Below, piece by piece: positions 46,367 to 55,545 of a DNA stretch of 64,000 bases; position 1 is the first letter of the stretch; every line of letters starts with the position of its first letter. The notes under the pieces were generated by a model that saw only the letters and a list, made by a program, of their open reading frames with translations, was not told the origin of the DNA and did no database searches. Position numbers and translations under genes: made by a program. The stretch comes from an uncultured candidate division WWE3 bacterium (GTDB lineage: Bacteria; Patescibacteriota; WWE3; UBA101185; UBA10185): NCBI GenBank assembly GCA_903879985.1, contig CAIRNR010000007.1:151665-215664 (forward strand), written 5' to 3'.

Positions 46367-46372
46367 AGTATA
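46367..46372 (-). promoter_or_regulatory. -10 box (TATACT) 8 nt before the CAP gene ATG; likely head promoter of the glycan locus
   Basis: Minus strand reads cttgTATACTaattactaATG. Confidence 0.6.
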
Positions 46373-46384
46373 CAAGTTTAGAAG

Positions 46385-46996
46385 CTATATTTTAAGTGCT
46401 TGCTTTATTAATTCAAAAACTTCCTCTGGAGTACCGGTTCCGTTGACCTCAGTTAAAATTCCTTTGGCTTTGTAATATTCAACAACAGGAAAAGTTGATT
46501 CTTTGTAAACCTTTAATCTTTCTTTAACAACTTCTTCCTTATCGTCGTCACGCTGAGTCATCGGACCAACACATTTGCTTAGTTCTTCAGGAGGAAGTGT
46601 AAAAATGTTATATATTTTGCCATCAGCCGCACACATGCGTCTTCCTGTTATACGGCGCAAGGTTTCTTCCTCAGGAATATTAATATAAATTGCAGCATCT
46701 ACCGGAGGTTCATATAATTTAAGTTGAGTTAAATTGCGTCCGTAACCATCCAATATATAACCATTGGAGGTATCTAGCTTTTCAATGGCATCACGTAAAA
46801 CATCGGCAACTAAATCATCGGGCGATAAATCACCTGCGCCCATTATTTTTTTATTTTCAGCGTATCTTGGATGGGATTGAGATAAATTTCTAAGCAAAGC
46901 TCCAGTGGATATCAATGGGATATGTAAATATTCACTTAACTTTTGGCCTTGTGAGCCTTTACCACAGGCGGGCGGGCCATGAAGAATTATTTTCAT
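46385..46996 (-). CDS. adk: Adenylate kinase
   Basis: GPPACGKGSQ P-loop, ISTG, ILDGY and QRDDD motifs. Confidence 0.95.
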   Translation of the reverse strand: MKIILHGPPACGKGSQGQKLSEYLHIPLISTGALLRNLSQSHPRYAENKKIMGAGDLSPDDLVADVLRDAIEKLDTSNGYILDGYGRNLTQLKLYEPPVDAAIYINIPEEETLRRITGRRMCAADGKIYNIFTLPPEELSKCVGPMTQRDDDKEEVVKERLKVYKESTFPVVEYYKAKGILTEVNGTGTPEEVFELIKQALKI

Positions 46997-47010
46997 ACGT
47001 TTAATATACC

Positions 47011-47277
47011 TTAAAGTCCTGGAATACCTAAGTCGCCTAATTGGCCTCTCATTTGTTTTTCGACTTTTTTGTCTACTTCTTTGTTAGCATCATTTATTAA
47101 TTCTCTCAAATCTTTGCGATCTTCGCCGTCGATTTCAAGCTTTTCAATATGCTTGTCGCCTCTTATGACAACACGCACGCCTGCTTTTGATTGTGTTACA
47201 AATATTTGAACCAACTGTTTTTTGATTTCGCTTTGTGTTTTTCTTAAGTTGTTTAAATCTTTAAATTTTTCAAACAT
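47011..47277 (-). CDS. ybaB: YbaB/EbfC family nucleoid-associated protein
   Basis: Helix, then GVRVVIRG...I..LEID, then helix; ends in GIPGL. Confidence 0.75.
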   Translation of the reverse strand: MFEKFKDLNNLRKTQSEIKKQLVQIFVTQSKAGVRVVIRGDKHIEKLEIDGEDRKDLRELINDANKEVDKKVEKQMRGQLGDLGIPGL

Positions 47278-47279
47278 AG

Positions 47280-48536
47280 TTATTGGAGAAATTTATCATA
47301 ATTTCGTTGAACCATCAAAGACTCTATTTGGCGAATCGTCTCAAGGACAACGGAAACTACAATTAACAAACCTGTGCCTCCTACTGTAAGTGTAGCAATT
47401 CCTACAAAAGACTGAACAATAAAAGGTAGTATAGCAATTAATCCCAAAAACACAGCACCTGCTAAAGTAATTCTGTTAACAATACCCTTAAGATATTGAG
47501 TAGTAGATTTTCCTGGGCGAATGCCTGGAATAAATCCACCGCGCTTTTTAACATCATCAGCAATTTTGTCAGGGCTAAATTGAACACTGGTGTAAAAATA
47601 GGTGAAAGCTACAACCAATATAAAGTACAAAGCATTATAACCGATAGATTTAGAACTAAAGTTAGTAGCTAAGAATAGTCCAATATGTTGCAAGGTGGCA
47701 TTACTGGCTGTCTGCAACGGGCCACTTAAAATAGATGGAATCATTACAACTGATACAGCGAAAATAATAGGAATAACTCCGGCTTGATTAATTTTGAGTG
47801 GTAAAAAGTTTGTAACTTTTTGATTTCTCACACCTGTGCGTCCGTATTCAATAACAATGTTTCTTGTACCTTCATTGACCATAACAACACCAACAACAAC
47901 CGCTAAAGCCAACGCAGCAAAAATAATACCATTAAAGGCATTGTCTGCGGTTAGTGAAGCTAGGAAACCGTAAGCAGCTTGTGGAAATCTTCCTATAATA
48001 CCAACAAAGATCAAAAGTGAAATACCGTTACCTACTCCGTATTCTGTAACCAAATCGCCAATCCAAACTAAGAGCATGGTTCCGGCTGTTAAGGTTAATA
48101 TCAAAATTATTAAATCAAATGGCAGTAAATTACCAATAACATGTTGCTTATTTAATAGGAAATATATGCCATAAGCTTGTAACAAAGTCATCGGAACAGT
48201 AATCAACTTTGTGTACATGTTAATTTTTTCACGACCATAATCGCCTTCCTTGGCCAACTCTTCCAATGAAGGAATCATCACCTGAAGTAATTGCAAAATA
48301 ATGGATGCGTTAATGTAAGGACCCAAACCTAATGTAACAATAGAAAAGTTTTGAAAACCACCGCCACTGAATAAATCAAACAAACCAAAGAAGGCGTTAC
48401 CTTGTAAATATGCGCGCACCGAAGCAATATCAACTCCTGGTAAAGGAGTATGCGCTAAAAGTCTAAAGACAATAATGATTCCAATAGTAAAGAGGATTTT
48501 TTTTCTTAATTCTGGATATCTAAATATATTATTCAT
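47280..48536 (-). CDS. secY: Preprotein translocase subunit SecY
   Basis: LGLGPYINASII, GVGNGISL, AGVIPIIFA and FIPGIRPG motifs. Confidence 0.98.
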   Translation of the reverse strand: MNNIFRYPELRKKILFTIGIIIVFRLLAHTPLPGVDIASVRAYLQGNAFFGLFDLFSGGGFQNFSIVTLGLGPYINASIILQLLQVMIPSLEELAKEGDYGREKINMYTKLITVPMTLLQAYGIYFLLNKQHVIGNLLPFDLIILILTLTAGTMLLVWIGDLVTEYGVGNGISLLIFVGIIGRFPQAAYGFLASLTADNAFNGIIFAALALAVVVGVVMVNEGTRNIVIEYGRTGVRNQKVTNFLPLKINQAGVIPIIFAVSVVMIPSILSGPLQTASNATLQHIGLFLATNFSSKSIGYNALYFILVVAFTYFYTSVQFSPDKIADDVKKRGGFIPGIRPGKSTTQYLKGIVNRITLAGAVFLGLIAILPFIVQSFVGIATLTVGGTGLLIVVSVVLETIRQIESLMVQRNYDKFLQ

Positions 48537-48570
48537 TTAATGCACCGCTTCCACGAAAGCGCCGTGATAT

Positions 48571-48599
48571 ATACTACATATTCAACAAGGCTTATTCAA
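48571..48599 (-). promoter_or_regulatory. Internal promoter for secY-ybaB-adk
   Basis: TTGAAT (48594-99), 17 nt, TAGTAT (48571-76). The short leader has a CGCTTT/GAAGCG hairpin. Confidence 0.55.
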
Positions 48600-49032
48600 G
48601 AGTGGAACCGGACTTTTCAACGATTTCTTTTGAAGCTACTGAATACGAAAAACCTACTAATGTTAACTTCTTCTCTAGTTTACCATCTGCCAAAATCTTA
48701 ACGCCATACTTTGGTGCGCGTTTAATAATATTTTTCTTAATTAAATCAGCAATTGTAACTGTTGAACCTTCTTTGAATACATTTAAAGCATTCAAACTGA
48801 TTGTGAAAATATCTTTTTTAGTAGGATTGTTAAAACCACCCAATTGTGGAAGTCTTTTGTACAAAGGTACTTGTCCACCTTCAAAACCCATTTTTATTTT
48901 ATGGCCTTTTCTAGCTTTTTGACCTTTAGCACCACTACCAACGGTATGACCACCTTTACCACTACCAATTCCGCGGCCAATTATCATTTTCTTTTTTATG
49001 TTTTTTACTACGATTAAGTTAGATAGATCCAT
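48592..49032 (-). CDS. rplO: 50S ribosomal protein uL15
   Basis: GRGIGSGKG and GFEGGQVPLY motifs. Confidence 0.97.
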   Translation of the reverse strand: MDLSNLIVVKNIKKKMIIGRGIGSGKGGHTVGSGAKGQKARKGHKIKMGFEGGQVPLYKRLPQLGGFNNPTKKDIFTISLNALNVFKEGSTVTIADLIKKNIIKRAPKYGVKILADGKLEKKLTLVGFSYSVASKEIVEKSGSTLE

Positions 49033-49044
49033 ATTTTTCCTTTA

Positions 49045-49497
49045 TTAACCTTTTAGTTTTCCTAAAGCTTCAAGTGTGCAGCGAACATTACTAATTTTGT
49101 TATTTGCACCAATCATTTTTGCTGAAATGTCTTTAATACCTGATAATTCAACGACACTTCTAATAGAACCACCTGCAATTATTCCTGTTCCCTTTGGAGC
49201 TGGTTTTAAGATAACGTGTGCAGATTCGTATTTAGCACTAACTAAATGAGCAATAGAATTGTCTTTAAGCTTAACAACAATTAAATTTCTTTTAGCTTGG
49301 GCTACGGCTTTACCAATTGCTGTTGCAACATCCTTAGCTTTTGAGTAACCAGTGCCGACTTTTCCATTTTTGTTTCCTACAACGACAAGTGCTGCAAAAC
49401 TAATAGTGTTTCCACCTTTAGTCTTTTTGGAGACTCTTCGAATCTGTAATACTTTTTCTTCAAATTCGCCTTTTACAGCTGGTTCTCTTTGCATCAT
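49045..49497 (-). CDS. rpsE: 30S ribosomal protein uS5
   Basis: [17 protein letters not shown] and [12 protein letters not shown] motifs. Confidence 0.97.
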   Translation of the reverse strand: MMQREPAVKGEFEEKVLQIRRVSKKTKGGNTISFAALVVVGNKNGKVGTGYSKAKDVATAIGKAVAQAKRNLIVVKLKDNSIAHLVSAKYESAHVILKPAPKGTGIIAGGSIRSVVELSGIKDISAKMIGANNKISNVRCTLEALGKLKG

Positions 49498-49850
49498 AAA
49501 GTAATTCCTCCCTCTCTAACACCTTCTGCTAAGCGCTGAACTCTTCCTGCGTATTGATAACCATTTCTATCGAAAACAGCTAATTTAATTTTTGCTTCTT
49601 TTGCTCTTTCAGCTAATAATTTTCCTGTTTCAAAAGCAGCATCCTTTTTAGCTTTGCCTTCTAATTCTTTACTATCAGAAGAAGCTGCGGCTAAAGTTTT
49701 ACCGGTAACATCATCAATTAATTGGCAATAAATATATTTGTTAGATCTGAAAACAGAAAGTCTTGGTTTTTCGACTGTTCCAGTAATGTTCTTTCGAACT
49801 CTTAGTTTTCGTTTTTCTAATCTTGTTTTTCTTAGCATTACTTTATACAT
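49494..49850 (-). CDS. rplR: 50S ribosomal protein uL18
   Basis: [10 protein letters not shown] and [12 protein letters not shown] motifs. Confidence 0.97.
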   Translation of the reverse strand: MYKVMLRKTRLEKRKLRVRKNITGTVEKPRLSVFRSNKYIYCQLIDDVTGKTLAAASSDSKELEGKAKKDAAFETGKLLAERAKEAKIKLAVFDRNGYQYAGRVQRLAEGVREGGITL

Positions 49851-49895
49851 ATTTTTTTATTTTGCGAGCTTGTCGAGCAAAACAACGCGTTAGCG

Positions 49896-50444
49896 TTACT
49901 TAGCTGTCTTTGCTGCCTTTCCGGCCTTACGCCTTATAACTTCACCAGTGTATTTAATACCTTTACCTTTGTATGGTTCTGGTTTCTTTAATTTATGAAT
50001 CTTAGCTGCTGTTAATCCTACTAAACTTCTATCCATTCCTTTTACAACAATAGTTTGATTTTCACCGACTTCTAATGTGACACCTTTTTCAGCTTTAAAA
50101 TCAACAGGATGTGAAAAACCTAAGGTTAAGATTACTCCGTCAGCACCATTTTGCTTAACTCTGTAACCTACTCCAATAAGTTCTAACTGTTTTTGAAAAC
50201 CAACTGTTACTCCTGTAACCATATTGGCAATTAAAGCTCTTGTTAAACCCCAATAAGCTGTAGCGTTCTTTGTATCTTGCTTTATAGTTGTGACAACAGT
50301 GTTATCTTTAACTTCAACACCGATTTCACGTCGCATATCGCCTGTAAGTTCGCCTTTTGGTCCTTTAACAACAACCTTAGTTCCGTCAACACTAACGGTA
50401 ACTCCTGCTGGTATTAATACTGGCATTTTACCTAATCTAGACAT
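49896..50444 (-). CDS. rplF: 50S ribosomal protein uL6
   Basis: MSRLGK, GVGYR and PEPYKGKG motifs. Confidence 0.98.
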   Translation of the reverse strand: MSRLGKMPVLIPAGVTVSVDGTKVVVKGPKGELTGDMRREIGVEVKDNTVVTTIKQDTKNATAYWGLTRALIANMVTGVTVGFQKQLELIGVGYRVKQNGADGVILTLGFSHPVDFKAEKGVTLEVGENQTIVVKGMDRSLVGLTAAKIHKLKKPEPYKGKGIKYTGEVIRRKAGKAAKTAK

Positions 50445-50842
50445 TAAAATACCTCACATATAACTTCGCCACCTAAATTCTTCTTTTTTGCTGAAGCTGA
50501 ATCCATAATTCCTTTAGATGTTGATACTATTACGACACCAAAAACTCCTCTTATATTCTTAAGTTCATCTTTTCCTCTGTATATGCGTCTGCCTGGTTTA
50601 GAAACTCTATGAGCCTCAGTAAATTTGGCAACGCCATCTTCTAAAGCAAGTTCCAAGTGTAACATTTTAACATTTGTTTTTTCAGGCTTAAACAGTTTAA
50701 CTTCAGATAAAAATCCTTTTGTTTTTAAAACTTTAGCAACTTCTTCACATTGTTTTGTGTAAGAAATTTCAACAACAGGTTTACCCGCCATTGAAGCGTT
50801 TTTTAATGAACTTATCATGTTAGATATTCTGTCTAAACTCAT
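50444..50842 (-). CDS. rpsH: 30S ribosomal protein uS8
   Basis: RVSKPGRRIY, STSKG and GGEV motifs. Confidence 0.97.
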   Translation of the reverse strand: MSLDRISNMISSLKNASMAGKPVVEISYTKQCEEVAKVLKTKGFLSEVKLFKPEKTNVKMLHLELALEDGVAKFTEAHRVSKPGRRIYRGKDELKNIRGVFGVVIVSTSKGIMDSASAKKKNLGGEVICEVF

Positions 50843-50858
50843 ATAGTTTTTACCAAGC

Positions 50859-51044
50859 TTACCAGCTCGATTTTTTTACTCCTGGAAGTTCGCCTTTGTG
50901 GGCTAATTCCCTAAAACATCTTCTACACATTTTAAATCTGTTATAAAATCCTCGTGGACTTCCACATAGTGGGCATCGATGATATTCTCTTACTTTAAAT
51001 TTCTGTTCACCTTTTTGTTTGTTAATTAATGCTTTTTTTGCCAT
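50859..51044 (-). CDS. rpsN: 30S ribosomal protein uS14, short zinc-binding type
   Basis: 61 aa; CPLCG...CRRC and LPGVKKSSW. Confidence 0.97.
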   Translation of the reverse strand: MAKKALINKQKGEQKFKVREYHRCPLCGSPRGFYNRFKMCRRCFRELAHKGELPGVKKSSW

Positions 51045-51045
51045 A

Positions 51046-51600
51046 TTATCTTTGATCGTCGTCCTTTCTGAACGGCATTCCTAGACTTTTTAATAAATAT
51101 CTGTTTTGCTCAACATCTTTTGTGTTAAAAACAATAGTAAGTTGAAGGCTTCTTATACCTTTTGTGGTATTAGGATTAACTTCTGGGAAGATAACGTGTT
51201 CTTTAATTCCCAAAGAGTAATTGCCGTTTTCATCAAAAGATTCTTCGCTAATACCTCTAAAGTCACGAACTCGTGGTAGTGCGATACTAATCAATTTATC
51301 GAGGAACGCCCACATTCTATCACCTCGCAACGTTACAGCAAAGGCTACTATATCATTTTTTCTTATCTTAAAGCCAGCTTCAGATTTTCTAGCTTTTCTT
51401 GCGAACACTTTTTGTGCTGTGATGTTAGACATTTCTTCGGAAAATACTTCAACGGCTTCTTTGTTTTCTCTAAAAGGTCCAATTCCTGAATTAACAGAAA
51501 TCTTTTCAATTCTAGGAACAGCCATGATATTAGCTAATCCAAGCTCTTTAGTAAGTTTTGGCAATATTTCTTTTGTATATTTTTCTTTTAGTCTGTTCAT
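51046..51600 (-). CDS. rplE: 50S ribosomal protein uL5
   Basis: [14 protein letters not shown] and GNYSLG motifs. Confidence 0.97.
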   Translation of the reverse strand: MNRLKEKYTKEILPKLTKELGLANIMAVPRIEKISVNSGIGPFRENKEAVEVFSEEMSNITAQKVFARKARKSEAGFKIRKNDIVAFAVTLRGDRMWAFLDKLISIALPRVRDFRGISEESFDENGNYSLGIKEHVIFPEVNPNTTKGIRSLQLTIVFNTKDVEQNRYLLKSLGMPFRKDDDQR

Positions 51601-51607
51601 ATAATCC

Positions 51608-51919
51608 TTACTTTTCTAAAGCATCACCTGTCTTTTTGTTAATTCTGTACTTTTTACCATCGATTACTTTAAATCCAACCTTAAATGCGGTCTTTTTAGC
51701 TTCGTCGTACAACATAGCGTTTGAAACGTTGATGGATCTTTCGATACTAATAATTCCACCTTCTTTTGATGCAGCACCGGGTTTAACATGTTTCTTCATC
51801 ATGTTGATACCTTCAACAAGGATTCTGTTTTTCTTTAAGATAACCCTCATTACTTTTCCGGTTTTACCTTTATCTTTTCCTGCTATTATTTTTACTTTAT
51901 CGCCTGTATGTATTTTCAT
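51608..51919 (-). CDS. rplX: 50S ribosomal protein uL24
   Basis: KOW motif GDKVKIIAGKDKGK. ATG at 51919. Confidence 0.96.
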   Translation of the reverse strand: MKIHTGDKVKIIAGKDKGKTGKVMRVILKKNRILVEGINMMKKHVKPGAASKEGGIISIERSINVSNAMLYDEAKKTAFKVGFKVIDGKKYRINKKTGDALEK

Positions 51920-51924
51920 ATTCT

Positions 51925-52290
51925 TTACCAAACCTCTTTTGCAAGAGATACAATTTTCAAAAGTCCTCGGTCTCGAATTTCTCTTGCGATAGGTCCGAAA
52001 ACACGGGTTCCAACCATTGTATTATCTTTTGTAATTACTACTGCAGCGTTATCATCAAATCTAATGTAACTACCATCTTTTCGTCTAACTTCTTTTCGTG
52101 TTCTAACTACGATAGCTCTTACAACACTGTGATCTTTAACAGCACCTAATGGATCTGCACCATTAACAGCTACTGTAATAACATCACCAACACTAGCTGA
52201 GTTTTTTCTTGTTCCAGGAATACCAATAATTTTTAATTTTTTGGCCCCTGAATTATCTGCTGGTTTTATAATTGCTCCAATAGGTAACAT
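51925..52290 (-). CDS. rplN: 50S ribosomal protein uL14
   Basis: ADNSGAK, FDDNAAV and GTRVFGP motifs. Confidence 0.98.
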   Translation of the reverse strand: MLPIGAIIKPADNSGAKKLKIIGIPGTRKNSASVGDVITVAVNGADPLGAVKDHSVVRAIVVRTRKEVRRKDGSYIRFDDNAAVVITKDNTMVGTRVFGPIAREIRDRGLLKIVSLAKEVW

Positions 52291-52296
52291 ATATTT

Positions 52297-52527
52297 TTAT
52301 GCTTTCTGTACAACCTTCCAACTAACATCTTTACTTAAAGGTCTGCATTCTTCAATAATGACTACATTGCCAACTTCTGCACCAACTTCGTTTCTTACCT
52401 TAAGTTTTTTTGTGTTCTTCATTTGTTTCTCGTATATAGCGTGCTTCTTTGGCATTTCAATAGCTACAACAACAGTCTTTTCCATTTTTGCTGATATTAT
52501 TTTTCCTGTTAATCTTTTTACTGGCAT
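52297..52527 (-). CDS. rpsQ: 30S ribosomal protein uS17
   Basis: KMEKTVVV and ECRPLSK motifs. Confidence 0.96.
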   Translation of the reverse strand: MPVKRLTGKIISAKMEKTVVVAIEMPKKHAIYEKQMKNTKKLKVRNEVGAEVGNVVIIEECRPLSKDVSWKVVQKA

Positions 52528-52712
52528 TATTTGGCCTCCGCTAACAAAGTTTTTATTTGTGCAATCTGTTTTCTAATAGCTCTTGGTTTTTTAACATTCT
52601 TCTCTTTTCTCTGCAAGATATTAGAAGATGTATCCAACAACTCCTTTTTTGTCTTGAGTAAGAGCTCTTTTAATTCTAATTCAGTTTTTTGTCTTAATTC
52701 AGTCATTTTCAT
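52527..52712 (-). CDS. rpmC: 50S ribosomal protein uL29
   Basis: ELR...RKQIAQIKT pattern; lies between rplP and rpsQ. Confidence 0.93.
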   Translation of the reverse strand: MKMTELRQKTELELKELLLKTKKELLDTSSNILQRKEKNVKKPRAIRKQIAQIKTLLAEAK

Positions 52713-52716
52713 ATTA

Positions 52717-53124
52717 TTATTCTTTTCCTACAAACTTAGTCTTTAAAGGAAGCTTAGCTGATGCTTTTTCAAAAGCATGCTTAGCAATTTCTCTTGAAAC
52801 ACCTGCGATTTCAAATAACACCTTACCTGGCTTAATAACAGCTGCGTAATGATCTGTAGCTGCTTTACCACTTCCCATACGGGTTTCTGCTGGTTTCTTA
52901 ACAATTGGCTTATCTGGAAAGATTCTAATCCAAAGCTTTCCACCTCTTTTAGTTTCATGCATAACAGCTTTTCTTGCCGACTCTATTTGTCGAGATGTAA
53001 TTAATCCTCGATCCATAGCTTTTAATGCATACTCTCCAAAAGAGATAGTAGAACCTCTAACTGCAATTCCTTTGTTTCCGCCTCTTTGTTGTTTTCTAAA
53101 TTTTACTTTATTAGGTAGTAACAT
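52717..53124 (-). CDS. rplP: 50S ribosomal protein uL16
   Basis: WIRIFPDKP and ETRMGSGK motifs. Confidence 0.98.
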   Translation of the reverse strand: MLLPNKVKFRKQQRGGNKGIAVRGSTISFGEYALKAMDRGLITSRQIESARKAVMHETKRGGKLWIRIFPDKPIVKKPAETRMGSGKAATDHYAAVIKPGKVLFEIAGVSREIAKHAFEKASAKLPLKTKFVGKE

Positions 53125-53130
53125 ATGCTA

Positions 53131-53763
53131 TTAAAGAGCTAACTCTCCCTTATAAATCCATACCTTCAATCCAATACAGCCATATATCAAGTGAACATCA
53201 ATTTGGGCGTAATCAATATCAGCTCGTAAGGTCTGCAAAGGTATTTTTCCCAAGTAGTACTGTTCTGTTCTTGAGATTGTGTTACCACCACTCAAAACAC
53301 CTGAAAGACGTATTTTAATACCTTTGGCGCCTTTGTCCATAGCCGAAGCTAAAGCAAACTTAACAACCTTCCTGTAAGGTATACGTCTCTTGATTTGACG
53401 ACCTATATAATCGCCTACTAATTGAGCTTCAATTTCAGGAGTCTTAACTTCTTCTGCAGTAATTTTTACTTTAGATTTAGTTAATTTCTTAAGTTCTTTT
53501 TCAAGTTCTTCAACGCCCATTCCGCCACGTCCAATAACAAGTCCTGGTTTAGAAACTTTTAATATAATGCTTAATTCGTTTTCAGTTCTTTCAATTTCTA
53601 CAATCTTCAAACCGGCTTGCTCAAGTCTGATTCTTAAGAATTTTCTTATTTTTAAGTCTTCTAAGGCTAAATCTGCGTATGAATTTTTATCTGCATACCA
53701 TTTTGAAGCCCAATCTTTTGATATTCCTACTCTGAATCCTGTTGGGTTTATTTTCTGTCCCAT
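53131..53763 (-). CDS. rpsC: 30S ribosomal protein uS3
   Basis: MGQKINP, PGLVIGRGG and PLQTLRADIDY motifs. Confidence 0.98.
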   Translation of the reverse strand: MGQKINPTGFRVGISKDWASKWYADKNSYADLALEDLKIRKFLRIRLEQAGLKIVEIERTENELSIILKVSKPGLVIGRGGMGVEELEKELKKLTKSKVKITAEEVKTPEIEAQLVGDYIGRQIKRRIPYRKVVKFALASAMDKGAKGIKIRLSGVLSGGNTISRTEQYYLGKIPLQTLRADIDYAQIDVHLIYGCIGLKVWIYKGELAL

Positions 53764-54113
53764 TATTTAGCACTCCTTTTGCTTAAACCAACAAAAATAT
53801 GACTTGCTCTTTTTAAAATAGGATTGAAACGGCCTCTTCCTACAAAATTACCTGATTTGGCCATGTCGCCACCATCTACGTGAATTTCAGAAACGTATAA
53901 GTCCTTAGCATCAAGTTTCAAGTTATTTGTAGCGTTAGCTTCAGCTGATTGCATTGTTTTCAAAATCATTTTTGCAGCTTTTGATACGTCAAATGCTAAA
54001 AGTACTTTGGCTTCTTCTAGACCTTTTCCTCTTACCAAATTCATAACAGGAGCTACCTTTTTTGGTGAGATTCTAGCTTTATTATATTTTGCGTATACGT
54101 CAACTTTTTCCAT
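53763..54113 (-). CDS. rplV: 50S ribosomal protein uL22
   Basis: RISPKK, SAEANA and KRASHI motifs. Confidence 0.96.
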   Translation of the reverse strand: MEKVDVYAKYNKARISPKKVAPVMNLVRGKGLEEAKVLLAFDVSKAAKMILKTMQSAEANATNNLKLDAKDLYVSEIHVDGGDMAKSGNFVGRGRFNPILKRASHIFVGLSKRSAK

Positions 54114-54118
54114 ATGTT

Positions 54119-54388
54119 TTATATACCCTTCTTAGATGAGTGAGCTCTAAAGGTTCTTGTTGGTGAAAATTCACCAAGTTTGTGACCAACCATAGACTCT
54201 GAAATTAACACCGGGATATGTTTTCTTCCGTTGTAGACTTCAATTGTTAAAGCAACCATTTCAGGAACAACAGTAGATCTGCGTGCCCAGGTTTTAATGT
54301 TGCCTTTAAGAGTTCCGGCAAGTACCTTTTTAACTTTTTCCATCAATTTTTCGTCTGTATATATTCCTTTTTTTAATGATCTGGCCAT
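54119..54388 (-). CDS. rpsS: 30S ribosomal protein uS19
   Basis: RSLKKG and [13 protein letters not shown] motifs. Confidence 0.98.
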   Translation of the reverse strand: MARSLKKGIYTDEKLMEKVKKVLAGTLKGNIKTWARRSTVVPEMVALTIEVYNGRKHIPVLISESMVGHKLGEFSPTRTFRAHSSKKGI

Positions 54389-54407
54389 AATATTTCCTCA
54401 GAGAAGA

Positions 54408-55241
54408 TCATTTCTTCTTCTGTGGTCTCCTTGTAATTATTGTATAGTTAGTTCGTTTACGTTTTCTAGTCTTGACTCCTCTGGTCAATTTACCCCATGG
54501 TGTCATAGGTGCTGGTCTTCCAATACCGGTTTTACCGTATTTACCTGCATGTGGGTGATCGTGATGTGGATCCGCCATTGCAACACCTCGTACACTTGGT
54601 CTCTTACCTAAGTGTCTTGCACGTCCTGCTTTACCTAATTGAGTGTTTCTCAAATCCATGTTGGTTAATGTACCCATTGTAACGAAGCATCTAGATAAAA
54701 TCTGTTTAACTTCTCCGCTTGGAAGCTTTAAGTTAACTTGTTCACCTTCTCTTGCCATGACTATTGCGCCATTTCCTGCACCTCTTACTAAAACTCCACC
54801 TGCTCCTGGATTTATTTCAACGTTATGAACGAGTGATCCAAGAGGTACTTTAGACAAAGGTAAAGCGTTTCCAAGTATAGGTTCAGCATTTTCACCTGAA
54901 ATAATCGTTGTACCAACGGCCAAACCCTCGGGAGCTAGTATATATCTTTTTTCACCATCTGCATAATTTAAAAGGGCGATATGTGCGCCACGGTTTGGAT
55001 CGTACTCAATAGCTGCCACAATTGCTGGAATATCAAGTTTGTTTCGTTTAAAGTCTATCATTCGATATTGCTTTTTGTTTCCTCTTTGCTTATGTCTACT
55101 GGATATGAAACCGTAACTTCTTCCTGCCGGGCCTTTTAAAGGTTTTGTAAGTGCTTTTTCTGGTCTCTTTGATGAAACATCTCTAACTAATGTTTTTCGT
55201 GCGCGTTGTCCTTCACTTGTTGGTTTATATGTTTTAATCAT
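54408..55241 (-). CDS. rplB: 50S ribosomal protein uL2
   Basis: IEYDPNR, LPSGE, GKAGR and DHPH motifs. Confidence 0.98.
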   Translation of the reverse strand: MIKTYKPTSEGQRARKTLVRDVSSKRPEKALTKPLKGPAGRSYGFISSRHKQRGNKKQYRMIDFKRNKLDIPAIVAAIEYDPNRGAHIALLNYADGEKRYILAPEGLAVGTTIISGENAEPILGNALPLSKVPLGSLVHNVEINPGAGGVLVRGAGNGAIVMAREGEQVNLKLPSGEVKQILSRCFVTMGTLTNMDLRNTQLGKAGRARHLGKRPSVRGVAMADPHHDHPHAGKYGKTGIGRPAPMTPWGKLTRGVKTRKRKRTNYTIITRRPQKKK

Positions 55242-55242
55242 G

Positions 55243-55539
55243 CTACTTGGTCTCCTTTGGGAAGACGTCGATACTTTGACCTTCTCTTAACTTAACAACT
55301 GCCTTTTTCCAACCTTGAGTCTTTGAAAATCCTCTTGTACCTAAAACTCTCTTTGGTTTACCTGGCATTATTACTGTATTGATTTGAATAGCTTCGACGT
55401 TATAAATATTTTTCAAATTTTCTCTAATGTTTCCTTTTGTAGCTTTCATGTTGACCTTAAAGGAATAAACTCCACGTCCTGCTGTTTCGTAGGTTTTTTC
55501 GGTTAATATTGGACTATAAATTATGTTATTTAATCTCAT
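55243..55539 (-). CDS. rplW: 50S ribosomal protein uL23
   Basis: PILTEK and WKKAVVKL motifs. Confidence 0.97.
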   Translation of the reverse strand: MRLNNIIYSPILTEKTYETAGRGVYSFKVNMKATKGNIRENLKNIYNVEAIQINTVIMPGKPKRVLGTRGFSKTQGWKKAVVKLREGQSIDVFPKETK

Positions 55540-55545
55540 ATATCC

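Noticed and set aside
49851-49895. TTTTGC...GCAAAA inverted repeat between rplF and rplR
   Set aside because: Weak 6-bp, mostly A-U stem inside an operon; not enough to call a terminator or RNA element.
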